DNA of 64,000 bases, taken from Candidatus Kaiserbacteria bacterium (GTDB lineage: Bacteria; Patescibacteriota; Minisyncoccia; Phycocordibacterales; SBAW01). Below, in pieces: positions 1 to 10,753 of this stretch. The position numbers and the translations under genes were made by a program. Under the pieces are notes generated by a model, which saw only the letters and a program-made list of their open reading frames with translations, was not told the origin of the DNA and did not search any database. Every line of letters begins with the position of its first letter. Position 1 is the first letter of the stretch. The stretch spans positions 9,951-73,950 of the forward strand of contig SICK01000002.1 of NCBI GenBank assembly GCA_009691465.1, written 5' to 3'.

Positions 1-313
1 CATTTTGCCCACTCAAAGCACCTCGCGCCGCAAGCAGGCGCAGAGCACTTAGGAGCCCAAAAACATCGGCAAGCACCAGCGGCGCGTCCACCTCGCCGCC
101 GGCCAGGTGCGCGATACTGCCGGGCAATAAGCCGGCGCGGCGCGCGGTCTCGTCGAGTTCCTCCTGCCACTCGGGCGCCGCGGAGCGGCCCAAAAAGACG
201 AGCGCGTGGGCTATCTTTTCTGCCTTAAGGTAGCAAAAATACCAGTCACTGCGTCCTTTAAAAAGGATTGATTGTAAAGCGAATTCGTGGAATTTTTTGC
301 TGTTGTCCGGCAT
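1..313 (-). CDS. hypothetical protein (3' part runs off window start)
   Basis: Minus-strand ORF beginning MPDNSKKFHEFALQSILFKGRSDWYF... with ATG at 311-313; open to position 1; not in supplied track because truncated. Confidence 0.35.
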   Translation of the reverse strand, partial: MPDNSKKFHEFALQSILFKGRSDWYFCYLKAEKIAHALVFLGRSAAPEWQEELDETARRAGLLPGSIAHLAGGEVDAPLVLADVFGLLSALRLLAARGALSGQN

Positions 314-446
314 AGTTTGTCCGAGAAAATGTCTCTCAATGTCTTTAACTTGTAAAGGAAATCTATCGGACAAGTGATGTCTTTGAGTATACCGTCGGAA
401 CGCTGGCATGCAAGTAAAAAAGTGTGCTCTAAAATAATGTTAGAAT

Positions 447-2651
447 GTGCGCATGTCCCGCAAGAACGGCAAGAAGGACGGGGGAAGCCCGTTTACCGCT
501 ATACCGCACGACACCCGTCGCGCGATTATTGTAGTTATTCTGGTCATCGCCGGACTCTTCCTGACCCTTGCGGCTTTTGACGCGGCGGGTATCGCCGGCA
601 GTGACGCCTACCGGCTCTTTGCGGCGCTCTTGGGGGTGGGCTACTTTCTGTTGCCGCTCCTGCTGTTTGTGCTCGCCGGCAACGCCCTGCGCGCCGAGCA
701 GAAAGGGTTTACCGCCGTCAAACTTATCTCGAGCGGACTTTTTTTTGTTGCGGGGCTGGGGTTTATCCAGGTGGTCTCTGGAAGGGGCGGGCTCTTAGGC
801 GGTGCCATCGCCGACCCGGCGGTCAAATACTTGGATGTCTACGCCTCGCTCATTGTACTCGGCGGACTCTCGCTGATTTCGTTGTTGCTGCTGCTTGAGG
901 GCCGCATCTCGCTGGAACCCTTTGTGGCGCTATACCGGGGCATCAAGAACCTAGTCGCGCGCCTGCGCGGCACACCCGCAGAAACAGAGCCAAAACTCGG
1001 CGGCTTCGGGCTTGATAATGACGAACCCTCCGTCGCTGAAGCTATGGAGGGCCAGGAGGAGGAAGATGAGGAAATTCCTATACGCACACCGCGTGCCGAA
1101 CCCGCGCGCGCGGGGATGCCGATGCAAACACTCAAGTCGCTGTTGGGCACTTACACGCCGCCGCCGCTCTCACTGCTGGAGCGCGACCGCGGCCGCCCCG
1201 GCGTGGGCGACATCAAGGGTAACGCCAACATCATCAAGCGCACCCTGCAGAACTTCGGTATCACGGTAGAGCTCGACGAGATTTCTATCGGCCCGAGCGT
1301 CACGCGCTATGCGGTCAAACCCGCCGAAGGCGTGCGCCTGCAAAAAATATTGACCCTGCAAAAAAATCTCGAGCTCGCGCTGTCTGCATCGTCGGTGCGC
1401 ATCGAGGCGCCCATACCGGGTAAGTCGCTGGTGGGGATTGAGGTCCCTAACTCATCTAAAGTAACCGTGGGGCTGGGCGCCATGCTCGACACGCCGGAGT
1501 TTACCGACTCGCACAAACCCTTGCTCATCGGGCTCGGGCGCGACATCGCGGGGGGTGCTTTGTTTGCGAACATCGCCCGGATGCCGCACGCGCTCATTGC
1601 CGGCGCCACCGGCTCGGGCAAGTCGGTCGCGATACACACCATCATCAACAGCTTGATATACCGCTGCGGGCCGCAGCAGTTGCGGTTTATTATGATAGAC
1701 CCGAAGCGCGTCGAGCTGACACTGTACCGCTCACTGCCGCACCTGCTGACCCCGGTCATCACCGACGCCAAGAAGGCCATCGCCGCCCTGCGCTGGGCCG
1801 GCAAAGAAATGGAGCGCCGGTACAATATTTTGGAGGAGAAGCGCGTCCGCGACGTCGAGTCGTATCACCAAAACATCCTCGCCCCCGCGCTTGAGCGGAT
1901 AAAAAAGAAAGGCGCTCCGGAAGAAGGTGAGCCGGTGCCCGAGGCGATGCCGTACATCGTCATCATCATCGACGAGCTCGCCGACATTATGTCGACCTAT
2001 CCCCGGGAGCTTGAGGCCGCAGTGGTACGGCTGGCCCAGATGTCGCGCGCGGTCGGTATACACCTTATCCTTTCTACCCAGCGCCCCAGCGTCAATGTCA
2101 TCACCGGGCTCATTAAAGCCAACATACCCGCACGCATCGCCTTGCAGGTCGCGTCGCAAATCGACTCCCGGACCATCCTCGACCAAGGCGGGGCCGAAAC
2201 CCTGTTAGGTGCCGGCGACATGCTCTACCTCTCGCCCGACATGAACAAGCCGGTGCGCTTGCAGAACGCCTATATTGGAGAAAAAGAAGTCAAAGCGGTG
2301 GTGGACTTTATTGCCAAAAACAACGAGCCCGAGCTGCCGGTAGAAATTACGCCGCCACAAAGAGGGGAGGATGGTGTGGGAGTCGGGACCGCAACCAGCG
2401 GCGGCTTTGATGACGAAGAGATCGATGACGACCTGTACGAAGCGGCGCAGAGCGCCGTACTTGAGGCAGGGAAGGCCTCGACCTCGTACTTGCAGCGAAA
2501 ACTGCGCGTCGGCTACGCGCGCGCAGCTCGGCTAATCGATATCCTCGAGGAGCGCGGCGTCATAGGCCCGGGTGATGGTGCCAAACCGCGCGATATCCTG
2601 GAAAAATCTTCTCCTGTCTCCCCCGCCCCCGTACATGAAGAAAACCTGTAG
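447..2651 (+). CDS. ftsK: DNA translocase FtsK/SpoIIIE
   Basis: N-terminal TM segments, Walker A GATGSGKS, Walker B IIIDELAD, C-terminal winged-helix gamma domain (YLQRKLRVGYARAARLIDILEERGVIG). Confidence 0.9.
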   Translation: MRMSRKNGKKDGGSPFTAIPHDTRRAIIVVILVIAGLFLTLAAFDAAGIAGSDAYRLFAALLGVGYFLLPLLLFVLAGNALRAEQKGFTAVKLISSGLFFVAGLGFIQVVSGRGGLLGGAIADPAVKYLDVYASLIVLGGLSLISLLLLLEGRISLEPFVALYRGIKNLVARLRGTPAETEPKLGGFGLDNDEPSVAEAMEGQEEEDEEIPIRTPRAEPARAGMPMQTLKSLLGTYTPPPLSLLERDRGRPGVGDIKGNANIIKRTLQNFGITVELDEISIGPSVTRYAVKPAEGVRLQKILTLQKNLELALSASSVRIEAPIPGKSLVGIEVPNSSKVTVGLGAMLDTPEFTDSHKPLLIGLGRDIAGGALFANIARMPHALIAGATGSGKSVAIHTIINSLIYRCGPQQLRFIMIDPKRVELTLYRSLPHLLTPVITDAKKAIAALRWAGKEMERRYNILEEKRVRDVESYHQNILAPALERIKKKGAPEEGEPVPEAMPYIVIIIDELADIMSTYPRELEAAVVRLAQMSRAVGIHLILSTQRPSVNVITGLIKANIPARIALQVASQIDSRTILDQGGAETLLGAGDMLYLSPDMNKPVRLQNAYIGEKEVKAVVDFIAKNNEPELPVEITPPQRGEDGVGVGTATSGGFDDEEIDDDLYEAAQSAVLEAGKASTSYLQRKLRVGYARAARLIDILEERGVIGPGDGAKPRDILEKSSPVSPAPVHEENL

Positions 2652-2684
2652 AAAGTTATCCACACCCCTGTTACACTGGGCCGC

Positions 2685-3023
2685 ATGCAGCGGGTGATTT
2701 TGATACTAGCCGCGGTCCTTATCATGGGCTACGGGCTGTTTGAAGCCCGCCGCCTGATCAGCGGGCCAGAGATTACCATCGACTCCCCCGTCGACGGCTC
2801 GGCAACTTCTACAAGCGCGGTGACCATCGCCGGCACGGCCCAAAACATCGCCTTTTTGACCATAAACGACGCTCCGGCCTACACAGATGAGGCGGGTAAA
2901 TTTGTGTACCGCTACTCCCCCCCTGCGGGGTATACTGTGGTCACCGTCGCGGCCACCGACCGGTTTGGTCGCCGGGCGTCGAAGTCGGTTTCTATTACTG
3001 TCGTAACCTATTGTCCTCTATAA
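2685..3023 (+). CDS. small secreted/membrane-anchored hypothetical protein
   Basis: N-terminal hydrophobic helix then Thr/Ser-rich beta-like domain; compact spacing between ftsK and recA. Confidence 0.45.
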   Translation: MQRVILILAAVLIMGYGLFEARRLISGPEITIDSPVDGSATSTSAVTIAGTAQNIAFLTINDAPAYTDEAGKFVYRYSPPAGYTVVTVAATDRFGRRASKSVSITVVTYCPL

Positions 3024-3032
3024 AAAGAATGT

Positions 3033-4127
<1,095 letters not shown>

Positions 4128-4399
4128 AGACACTCCGGCAACTACAAATACCGCGAGCGTAAGCTGTACCAGCGTGCTCGTGTGTGTGACTGCCGAAAGA
4201 GCAAAAGTGCCCAAGCCGTCGAGTCCGACGCGCGCCATATTGTCGAACACGCGGTGCACCCAAACCAGCTGGACCAGACCGTATAGTGAGAGAGCACAGA
4301 CATACAACTTGAGAGCCGTCGACGAGACGAGTTGTCGCGCAGTATAGACCGTCGCGACCGAGGCCATCACCTGCTGTTCGATTTTGCTTTGCATATAGG

Positions 4400-5011
4400 C
4401 TATAACGAGCTCTTATTGCTAATAGTTTCAAACACTTTTTTGAACTCCTTTTTGGCCCGATGGACCCTCGTCTTGACCGCACCCACAGAGAGCCCCTCTG
4501 CTTCGGCTATTTCCTCCTGCGTCTTCCCTTCTATAAAAAATAATGAGAGCGCGCGAGACATGGGCGCGGGCATCCGCGAGAGCACCGAAGCCACCAGGTC
4601 AATTACTTCTTTCTTTTCGAACTGCCGCAGATTGCGGTCGGGTATAAGCGCCCATATCTCCTCATCCAAACCCACTTCCCCACCACTGCGGCGCTTACGG
4701 CGCGCATAGTGCGTGAGCGCTGTGTTGATGAGGATACGGTAGCCCCACGATGAAAACTGCGCCCCTTCTACCGTCTTAAACTTGCCCGCGTTGAGGTAGA
4801 TCTTGGTAAAGGCCTCCTGCACCACGTCCTCGGCCGCCTCCTGCTCGCGCACGATACTCAATGCCTTGCGCAGGAACGGCTCTTCATACTTGCGCACAAG
4901 CAGGGCAAAGAGCGACGGGGTGTGTACCGACGCGAGCAGGACTTCTTCATCCCGCATCCCCTCCCCCTTCTCTTCCAGTGAGAGATACTCCATGGCCACA
5001 GGATATATCAT
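4400..5011 (-). CDS. RNA polymerase sigma-70 family (ECF-type) sigma factor
   Basis: Region 2 (AEDVVQEAFTKIY) and region 4 HTH (KTQEEIAEAEGLSVGAVKTRVHRAKKEF); about 200 aa. Confidence 0.8.
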   Translation of the reverse strand: MIYPVAMEYLSLEEKGEGMRDEEVLLASVHTPSLFALLVRKYEEPFLRKALSIVREQEAAEDVVQEAFTKIYLNAGKFKTVEGAQFSSWGYRILINTALTHYARRKRRSGGEVGLDEEIWALIPDRNLRQFEKKEVIDLVASVLSRMPAPMSRALSLFFIEGKTQEEIAEAEGLSVGAVKTRVHRAKKEFKKVFETISNKSSL

Positions 5012-5183
5012 GTACCGTTATATACAACCCGCGCTTGCGCGGTTTTGTTTCATCCCGTACAGTAGAAATATGTTCGGTACGCGCACCATTAGCCGCCTCA
5101 ACCTCCTTCTTAGAAGGGGTGGAGGCCTTGCGCGTTCTTAGGAAGAAATTTTCATAAGAACTCCCCAGCCCTCCACCCCCAAG

Positions 5184-5510
5184 GTGAGGGCTGGTTTCGT
5201 ACAGATAGTTCTTCGACAATCAACCAGGAGACGGATCGTGGCACACCATCGATCTACTAAACTCGCACTAAGCATCTATGCGGCACTCGAACAACGCCCC
5301 GAGGTCAGCAAAGTGTGTTGGGGAGGCGTAGGCCACTTCAAAGGAGCCACAACGCTCAAATTGCACAACGGCGTGCCGGGCCAAGTACTGGTGCAAGTGT
5401 GCGAGCCCGGCCGCTCGCAAAAAATCCACGCGTACACCAAAAACTGTGAGGTGACGCTCGCCGCAGCGCGTGACCTTGCCCGCCGTGAAAAGGTCAACGT
5501 CAACGGCTAA
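5184..5510 (+). CDS. hypothetical protein (GTG start; uncertain)
   Basis: 108-aa ORF followed by a clear rho-independent terminator; start lies inside a stem-loop; no recognisable domain. Confidence 0.35.
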   Translation: MRAGFVQIVLRQSTRRRIVAHHRSTKLALSIYAALEQRPEVSKVCWGGVGHFKGATTLKLHNGVPGQVLVQVCEPGRSQKIHAYTKNCEVTLAAARDLARREKVNVNG

Positions 5511-5528
5511 CCAAGAAGGAATACCGGG

Positions 5529-5560
5529 GCCGCGCATAACTTGCGCGGCTTTTTCTTTTT
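5529..5560 (+). terminator. rho-independent terminator
   Basis: 8-bp GC stem gccgcgca/tgcgcggc, 5-nt loop, followed by tttttcttttt. Confidence 0.55.
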
Positions 5561-5598
5561 GAGTACTATGTGAAGAAGCCTTCGGGCGATTTTTATTT

Positions 5599-6174
5599 GT
5601 GGCAATGCTCGAATACAACGAAATACTCAAAGGCCGAGTGATACTCGTGGGCGATGAGCCATACGAGGTCCTGGACGCGCACGTCTTCCGCAAGCAGCAA
5701 CGCAAGCCGGTCAACCAGACCAAGCTGCGCCACCTCATCACCGGCAAGGTGACCGAGCAGGCCTTCCACGTGTCGGAGAAGGTCCCCGAGGCCGACCTCT
5801 CGAACAAACAGGTCAAATATCTCTACACCAACAAAGGAGAGCGGTGGTTTTGCGCCGAGGCAAACCCTGCGGACCGCTTTATGCTCTCGGACGAAACCAT
5901 CGGCACGGGCGGGCAGTTTATGAAGCCCAACATGATAGTCGAGGCGCTCGTCTTCGACGAGAAGATAATCGGCGTAAAGCTCCCTATCAAAATGGATCTC
6001 AAAGTAACCGAAGCCCCGCCGGCGGTCAAAGGCAACACGGCGCAGGGCGGCTCTAAGATGATCACACTCGAAACGGGTACAGAACTTCAGGCTCCCCTCT
6101 TTATCAACGAAGGAGACGTCGTGCGCATCAACACCGAAACGGGAGAATACGTAGAAAGAGTAGACAAGAAGTAA
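5599..6174 (+). CDS. efp: elongation factor P
   Basis: Full-length EF-P three-domain architecture, 191 aa. Confidence 0.9.
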   Translation: MAMLEYNEILKGRVILVGDEPYEVLDAHVFRKQQRKPVNQTKLRHLITGKVTEQAFHVSEKVPEADLSNKQVKYLYTNKGERWFCAEANPADRFMLSDETIGTGGQFMKPNMIVEALVFDEKIIGVKLPIKMDLKVTEAPPAVKGNTAQGGSKMITLETGTELQAPLFINEGDVVRINTETGEYVERVDKK

Positions 6175-6178
6175 CGAA

Positions 6179-6278
6179 AAAGAAAAAGCATTTTTGGGAG
6201 TGTTTCGCAGGCCGACGGGCCGAGAAGCAGCAAATTTTCACCAGAAAATTATGCGACTCACAAAAATGCTTTTTCTTT
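6179..6278. terminator. 17-bp perfect inverted repeat (6179-6195 / 6262-6278) between convergent efp and rpsR; probable bidirectional terminator
   Basis: aaagaaaaagcattttt ... aaaaatgctttttcttt; arms A/T-rich at outer ends. Confidence 0.4.
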
Positions 6279-6283
6279 GGAGA

Positions 6284-6478
6284 CTACCTAACTATATACG
6301 GCAGGAGTGCCATAAAGCGCGCACGTTTGACGGCTTCGGCCAGCGCGCGCTGGTTGGGGGCGTTGAGGCCCGTGCGGCGGCGCGGCATAATTTTGCCGTG
6401 CGGATTGAGGAACTTCTTAAGAAGCTCCGTGTCTTTGTAATCAATATATTGAAACTGTGCTACGTATTCTTTTTTCAT
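6284..6478 (-). CDS. rpsR: 30S ribosomal protein S18
   Basis: [28 protein letters not shown]...ARFMALLPY signature. Confidence 0.9.
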   Translation of the reverse strand: MKKEYVAQFQYIDYKDTELLKKFLNPHGKIMPRRRTGLNAPNQRALAEAVKRARFMALLPYIVR

Positions 6479-6483
6479 AAAAA

Positions 6484-6924
6484 TTAAAACGGAATGTCGT
6501 CGGGATTAATATCTTCGGCCGGGTAGTCTATCGCCTCGTCTTTGCTCGCGGCCGCCACCGGCGCGGCTTCCGCTCCGCGCGGTGCCGCACCTTGCCCCGC
6601 CGCGCGCGGGCCAAACTGCACCACCTCGGCGATAATCTCGGTCTTGTATTGCTTGCCCTTCTCGCCCTCCCACGTGCGGGTCTTGAGCCGCCCTTCTACA
6701 TAGGCACTGCTACCCTTTTTGAGATACTGCGCACAGAGGTCGGCCAATTTGCCGAAGGTGACAACATTGTGGAACTCAACCTCCTCTTGTTTGGTGCCGT
6801 CTTGCTTTTTATAGACGCGGTTGGTCGCAAGGCCAAAAGAGCACACCTGGCCGCCGCTGGGGAGCGCGCGAGCCTCCGGGTCGCGGGTCAAGTTGCCGAA
6901 TATCATTACCTTGTTGAGATACAT
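6484..6924 (-). CDS. ssb: single-stranded DNA-binding protein
   Basis: OB-fold N-terminus, Gly/Ala-rich linker, acidic tail ending DDIPF. Confidence 0.9.
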   Translation of the reverse strand: MYLNKVMIFGNLTRDPEARALPSGGQVCSFGLATNRVYKKQDGTKQEEVEFHNVVTFGKLADLCAQYLKKGSSAYVEGRLKTRTWEGEKGKQYKTEIIAEVVQFGPRAAGQGAAPRGAEAAPVAAASKDEAIDYPAEDINPDDIPF

Positions 6925-6938
6925 ACAATAAGTATAGC

Positions 6939-7487
6939 TTAGCCGGTCAGGGCCTCAATCGATTTGTCGAGCTCGGCATCAGACACTTCGGCCGCTTTTT
7001 CAGGGGCCATCACCGGCTTCTCGATGGTCTTGCCTTCAAGCCGGTCAGAGGAGAACACCGCACGGCGAGGTGCCTGGGTGATGTCCTCGCGCACCGTTTG
7101 TATAAGGAGGTAGCGCAGAACTTCGTGGATACTGCGCAAGCCTTGCTCTATCGCGGGGATCATCTCGCGCTCGGTAGCAAATTTTATAAAGCCAAAGTAG
7201 CTCTCGAGGTACTTCTCGCGAGCACCGGCCTGGGCGCGCTCAACACGGTACGCGAGTGCTCGTTTGGTGGGGAACGTTTGTGAAATTATTTCCGCGTCAC
7301 CCAAGAGCGTGCGAATCTTCTCCAGCACTGCCGGCACCCCGTCCTCGCCTACTGTAGGGATAATATGAAAGCCCACCTCGTACACGGGGGTGGTGTTTTT
7401 GACCGCAGCCGGAGAACCGGCGTCAGTCGCTTGGGTAAAGCCCTCAACGGGCTGCGACGTTTCTGCCATACCCGAATACCTTACCAA
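6939..7487 (-). CDS. rpsF: 30S ribosomal protein S6 (with C-terminal extension)
   Basis: S6 core (YEVGFHI...RALAYRV) in classic rpsF-ssb-rpsR order. Confidence 0.85.
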   Translation of the reverse strand: MVRYSGMAETSQPVEGFTQATDAGSPAAVKNTTPVYEVGFHIIPTVGEDGVPAVLEKIRTLLGDAEIISQTFPTKRALAYRVERAQAGAREKYLESYFGFIKFATEREMIPAIEQGLRSIHEVLRYLLIQTVREDITQAPRRAVFSSDRLEGKTIEKPVMAPEKAAEVSDAELDKSIEALTG

Positions 7488-7494
7488 AGCCGCG

Positions 7495-8265
7495 CTAGCT
7501 TTGCAAGCTTGCCTCGCCCGCAGGCAGGCGGAAGATTTTTTGGGCGTTCGCCATTGTAGCCGCGGTGACCTCTTCTACAGGAACCCCTTTTACTTGGGCG
7601 ATTTTTATAGCCACGTATTCGACATACACCGGTTCGTTGCGCTTGCCGCGGAACGGGACGGGGGCTGCAAAGGGCGCGTCGGTTTCTATCAGCATTTTGT
7701 CGAGCGGACAGACACGAATGGAGTCGTCGTACATGTCGGTGTAGGTGATAGGCCCGGGGAATGACAAATAGCAGCCCAAGTCTAAAAACTTTTGCGCCAA
7801 CTCTCCCGACCCGGTAAAAAAGTGCATCACCACGGGCACTGCTATTGCAGTGTTTTGCAAAACACTAGAACAATCGTCATGTGCTTCCCTGCAATGGACG
7901 ATGAGTGGTTTTTGTACTTTATTGGCCAAAGTAATGTGCGCTAAAAAGTTTTCTTTTTGTGCCTCTGACCTCTCCACTCTAAAATAATCCAGCCCGCACT
8001 CCCCTATCGCAACGACTTTTGGGTCGCCCGCCAGCTCCTCGTATTTGTCGGCATCAAAAACCTCATCCTGCGTAGGATGCACCCCCACCGACGCCCACAA
8101 AAAGTCGTGTTGCTTGGCGAGCTCGAGCCCTTTGCGGCTCATGTCCAAATCGGTCCCTATCACCAAGGCGCCCATCCCCTTTTCCTCCATACGAGCAAGT
8201 ACCGCATCGCGGTCGGCGTCGTACTGCTCAAACTGCAGCTGACAGTGAGAGTCGAAGAGCCGCAT
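7495..8265 (-). CDS. tatD: TatD family metal-dependent hydrolase
   Basis: FDSHCQL N-terminus, conserved His/Asp metal ligands throughout TIM-barrel. Confidence 0.85.
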   Translation of the reverse strand: MRLFDSHCQLQFEQYDADRDAVLARMEEKGMGALVIGTDLDMSRKGLELAKQHDFLWASVGVHPTQDEVFDADKYEELAGDPKVVAIGECGLDYFRVERSEAQKENFLAHITLANKVQKPLIVHCREAHDDCSSVLQNTAIAVPVVMHFFTGSGELAQKFLDLGCYLSFPGPITYTDMYDDSIRVCPLDKMLIETDAPFAAPVPFRGKRNEPVYVEYVAIKIAQVKGVPVEEVTAATMANAQKIFRLPAGEASLQS

Positions 8266-9698
8266 TAGTCTTTACGCGGAAAGAGGTTTTCCGGCTTTTT
8301 GTTGGCCATGATTGCTTCGATTATCTTTTTTGATGTCTCGGGCATCAGGGGCTCGAGCATCTGGTCGATATACGCGAGCTCGGCAACCAGCTCGGCAATT
8401 ATCGTCTTACCCCTTTCGATATCCTCTTTAACCACTTTAAACGGCGCTTCCTCGGTTATTTTTTGGTCGAGCACGGATATTCTGCTCCAAACGTGCTCCG
8501 CCGCCTTGTTGCAATCATATACATCGAGTGCATCGGTAAACTCCTTAGGGAGTGTGCGCCATTCCAACTTGACCGGCTCGGTAAGATGTGTCTGCGCCAA
8601 CTGCATGATGCGCGCGGCGAGGTTGCCCAAGCCGTTGGCCAAGTCGGCGTTGTAGACCTCTTTAAACCGCTCAAGGGTAAAGTCGCTGTCGTCAAAGGGG
8701 TGCACGTGTCGGGCCAAAAAGTAACGTACCGCGTCTACCCCGTACTCATCGACGAGCGCAAGCGGCTCTATCACATTACCGAGCGACTTGGACATTTTTT
8801 GCCCGCCGCTCGTGATAAAGCCGTGGTAGACCACCTGGTCGGTGGTTTTTATGTCCGCCGACATCAGCATCGCCTGCCACATAATCGACTGAAACCGCAC
8901 CTGGTCCTTGCCGGCAACTTGCACCACCTCCCCTTCCTGCCAAAACTTTTTAAATTTCCCCTCCCCGTCCGAGGGCCAGCCCAAGGTCGATATGTAGTTG
9001 GTGAGCGCATCAAACCAGACGTACATGACCTGATCCTCATCGTCGGGCACGGGCACCCCCCAGGTCAGGCGCGCTTTCTCACGCGAGATACTAAAGTCCT
9101 CGAGCCCCTGCTGTACAAACTTGACCGCCTCCTCACGGCGCCAGCCGGGGCGTATTACGTCCTCTCGCTCCAGATACGCGAGCAACTGGTCCTGATAGGC
9201 GCTCAAACGAAAGAAATAATTCTCCTCTTCGATCTCGACCGGGGTCATGTTTGGGTGGTTGGGGCACTTGCCGTCGACGAGGTCCGAGTCGCGCAAAAAC
9301 ATCTCGTCCCCGACACAGTAGAGACCCTTGTATTTCTTTTTATAAATATCGCCTTTGGCGAGACAGCGCTTCCACAGCTCCTGCGCTGCGGCCACGTGCC
9401 CCGGGTCTGTGGTGCGGATAAAGGCGTCGTACGAGAGGTTGAGGCTGGTTTTGAGCTCCTGAAATCGGCTCGCGTAGTGGTCAACGTATTCCTCAACACT
9501 CTTGCCTTCTTTTTGGGCTGCTTGGAATATTTTTTGCCCGTGCTCGTCGGTCCCAGTATTAAAAAACACTTCTCTCCCCATAAGCCGCTGATAACGCGCG
9601 ATGATGTCGGCTTGTACTATCTCGAGCGCAAACCCGATGTGCGGGTCTGCGTTTACGTACGGGAGCGTCGTCGTGAGGTAAAAGTTTTTATTCGTCAT
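8265..9698 (-). CDS. metG: methionyl-tRNA synthetase
   Basis: HIGH-type motif (PHIGFA) and KMSKS; class I MetRS catalytic core. Confidence 0.9.
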   Translation of the reverse strand: MTNKNFYLTTTLPYVNADPHIGFALEIVQADIIARYQRLMGREVFFNTGTDEHGQKIFQAAQKEGKSVEEYVDHYASRFQELKTSLNLSYDAFIRTTDPGHVAAAQELWKRCLAKGDIYKKKYKGLYCVGDEMFLRDSDLVDGKCPNHPNMTPVEIEEENYFFRLSAYQDQLLAYLEREDVIRPGWRREEAVKFVQQGLEDFSISREKARLTWGVPVPDDEDQVMYVWFDALTNYISTLGWPSDGEGKFKKFWQEGEVVQVAGKDQVRFQSIMWQAMLMSADIKTTDQVVYHGFITSGGQKMSKSLGNVIEPLALVDEYGVDAVRYFLARHVHPFDDSDFTLERFKEVYNADLANGLGNLAARIMQLAQTHLTEPVKLEWRTLPKEFTDALDVYDCNKAAEHVWSRISVLDQKITEEAPFKVVKEDIERGKTIIAELVAELAYIDQMLEPLMPETSKKIIEAIMANKKPENLFPRKD

Positions 9699-10752
9699 TC
9701 TTGAGCGCCTGCGTTTTTCTGCGGTCTACGTCGGCGACGAACTCCTGTATGGCCGCCGCAATAGGTACCGAGAGCAATATCCCCAAGAACCCGGCGAGCT
9801 TTGCCCCGACGATGAGCGCGAGTATGACCAAGAGCGGCGGGACGCCCACCACTTTTTTGACCACCACCGGATATATCAGGTGTGCTTCAAACTGCTGTAC
9901 CACCAAGTAGAGCCCCGCCACCAGCAAGAGCGCGGTGACTCCCCCGTCGGAAAAAGCGATGGCGAGTGCCGGTATAGCGGCGAGTATCTGACCAAAGACG
10001 GGTATGAGCTCAAAGAGCCCCGCGATGACCGCCAACAACAGCGCGTTTGGTATACCCAATATCACGAGCCCTAAATACAGCAATACGCCCACAATGAGGC
10101 CCAGCACCATTTGCCCCTGCATCCACTTGCCTATTTTGTCTTGGGAGCGCTTCCAGAGATGCAGGACGTAGGCTTGCTCTTTGATGGGGGTCACTACGCG
10201 CAAAAAGTCGTCGACCCCGGTCTCTTGTACCGAAAAATAAAATGAGAAGACGATGATGAGGATAAACGAGGTGAGCCCGCCAAAAAAGGCCGACACCGTG
10301 GTAAACACCCCGCCCGTGGTGTCGGCCAGTGTGGTAGAAATGTTGCGCAACAGGTCGGCCGAGGATATCTGCTGTCCGATGTCTCCCCACGGCAAAAGCC
10401 CGTGTGTTGCATCGCTGATATTAAAACCGGAGAGCGTTTCGGGTAGGCGCGAGAGGAAGTTGGCCGCATCACCCAAGAGCGGCGGCACAAAGATAAGCAG
10501 AACGCTCAAAAATACCCCTGAGACCAAGAGGTACATGAGTATGACCCCGAGTATGCGGTTGACCCTGCGGCGGACAAAAAACTGTATCGCCGGCTCGATG
10601 GCCGAGGCGATGACGACCGCGGTGACGACGATGAGGAGAATGTCGCGCAACACCCACAACAGGGCCGCCAGACCCAAAAAGAGGAGCGTCTTTATAATGC
10701 TCCCCGAGGTGATATGGACGCTGATGTCTCTCCCCTTCTCCATAACCTCCAT
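9688..10752 (-). CDS. AI-2E family transporter (PerM/YhhT-like permease)
   Basis: Multi-TM permease; start set at internal Met (MEVMEKG) abutting glyS stop instead of the overlapping upstream Met. Confidence 0.75.
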   Translation of the reverse strand: MEVMEKGRDISVHITSGSIIKTLLFLGLAALLWVLRDILLIVVTAVVIASAIEPAIQFFVRRRVNRILGVILMYLLVSGVFLSVLLIFVPPLLGDAANFLSRLPETLSGFNISDATHGLLPWGDIGQQISSADLLRNISTTLADTTGGVFTTVSAFFGGLTSFILIIVFSFYFSVQETGVDDFLRVVTPIKEQAYVLHLWKRSQDKIGKWMQGQMVLGLIVGVLLYLGLVILGIPNALLLAVIAGLFELIPVFGQILAAIPALAIAFSDGGVTALLLVAGLYLVVQQFEAHLIYPVVVKKVVGVPPLLVILALIVGAKLAGFLGILLSVPIAAAIQEFVADVDRRKTQALKNDE

Positions 10753-10753
10753 A

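Noticed and set aside
8463-9704. 413-aa ORF on plus strand
   Set aside because: Antisense to the clearly conserved metG. Composition is typical of spurious ORFs in high-GC DNA, with no recognisable motifs.
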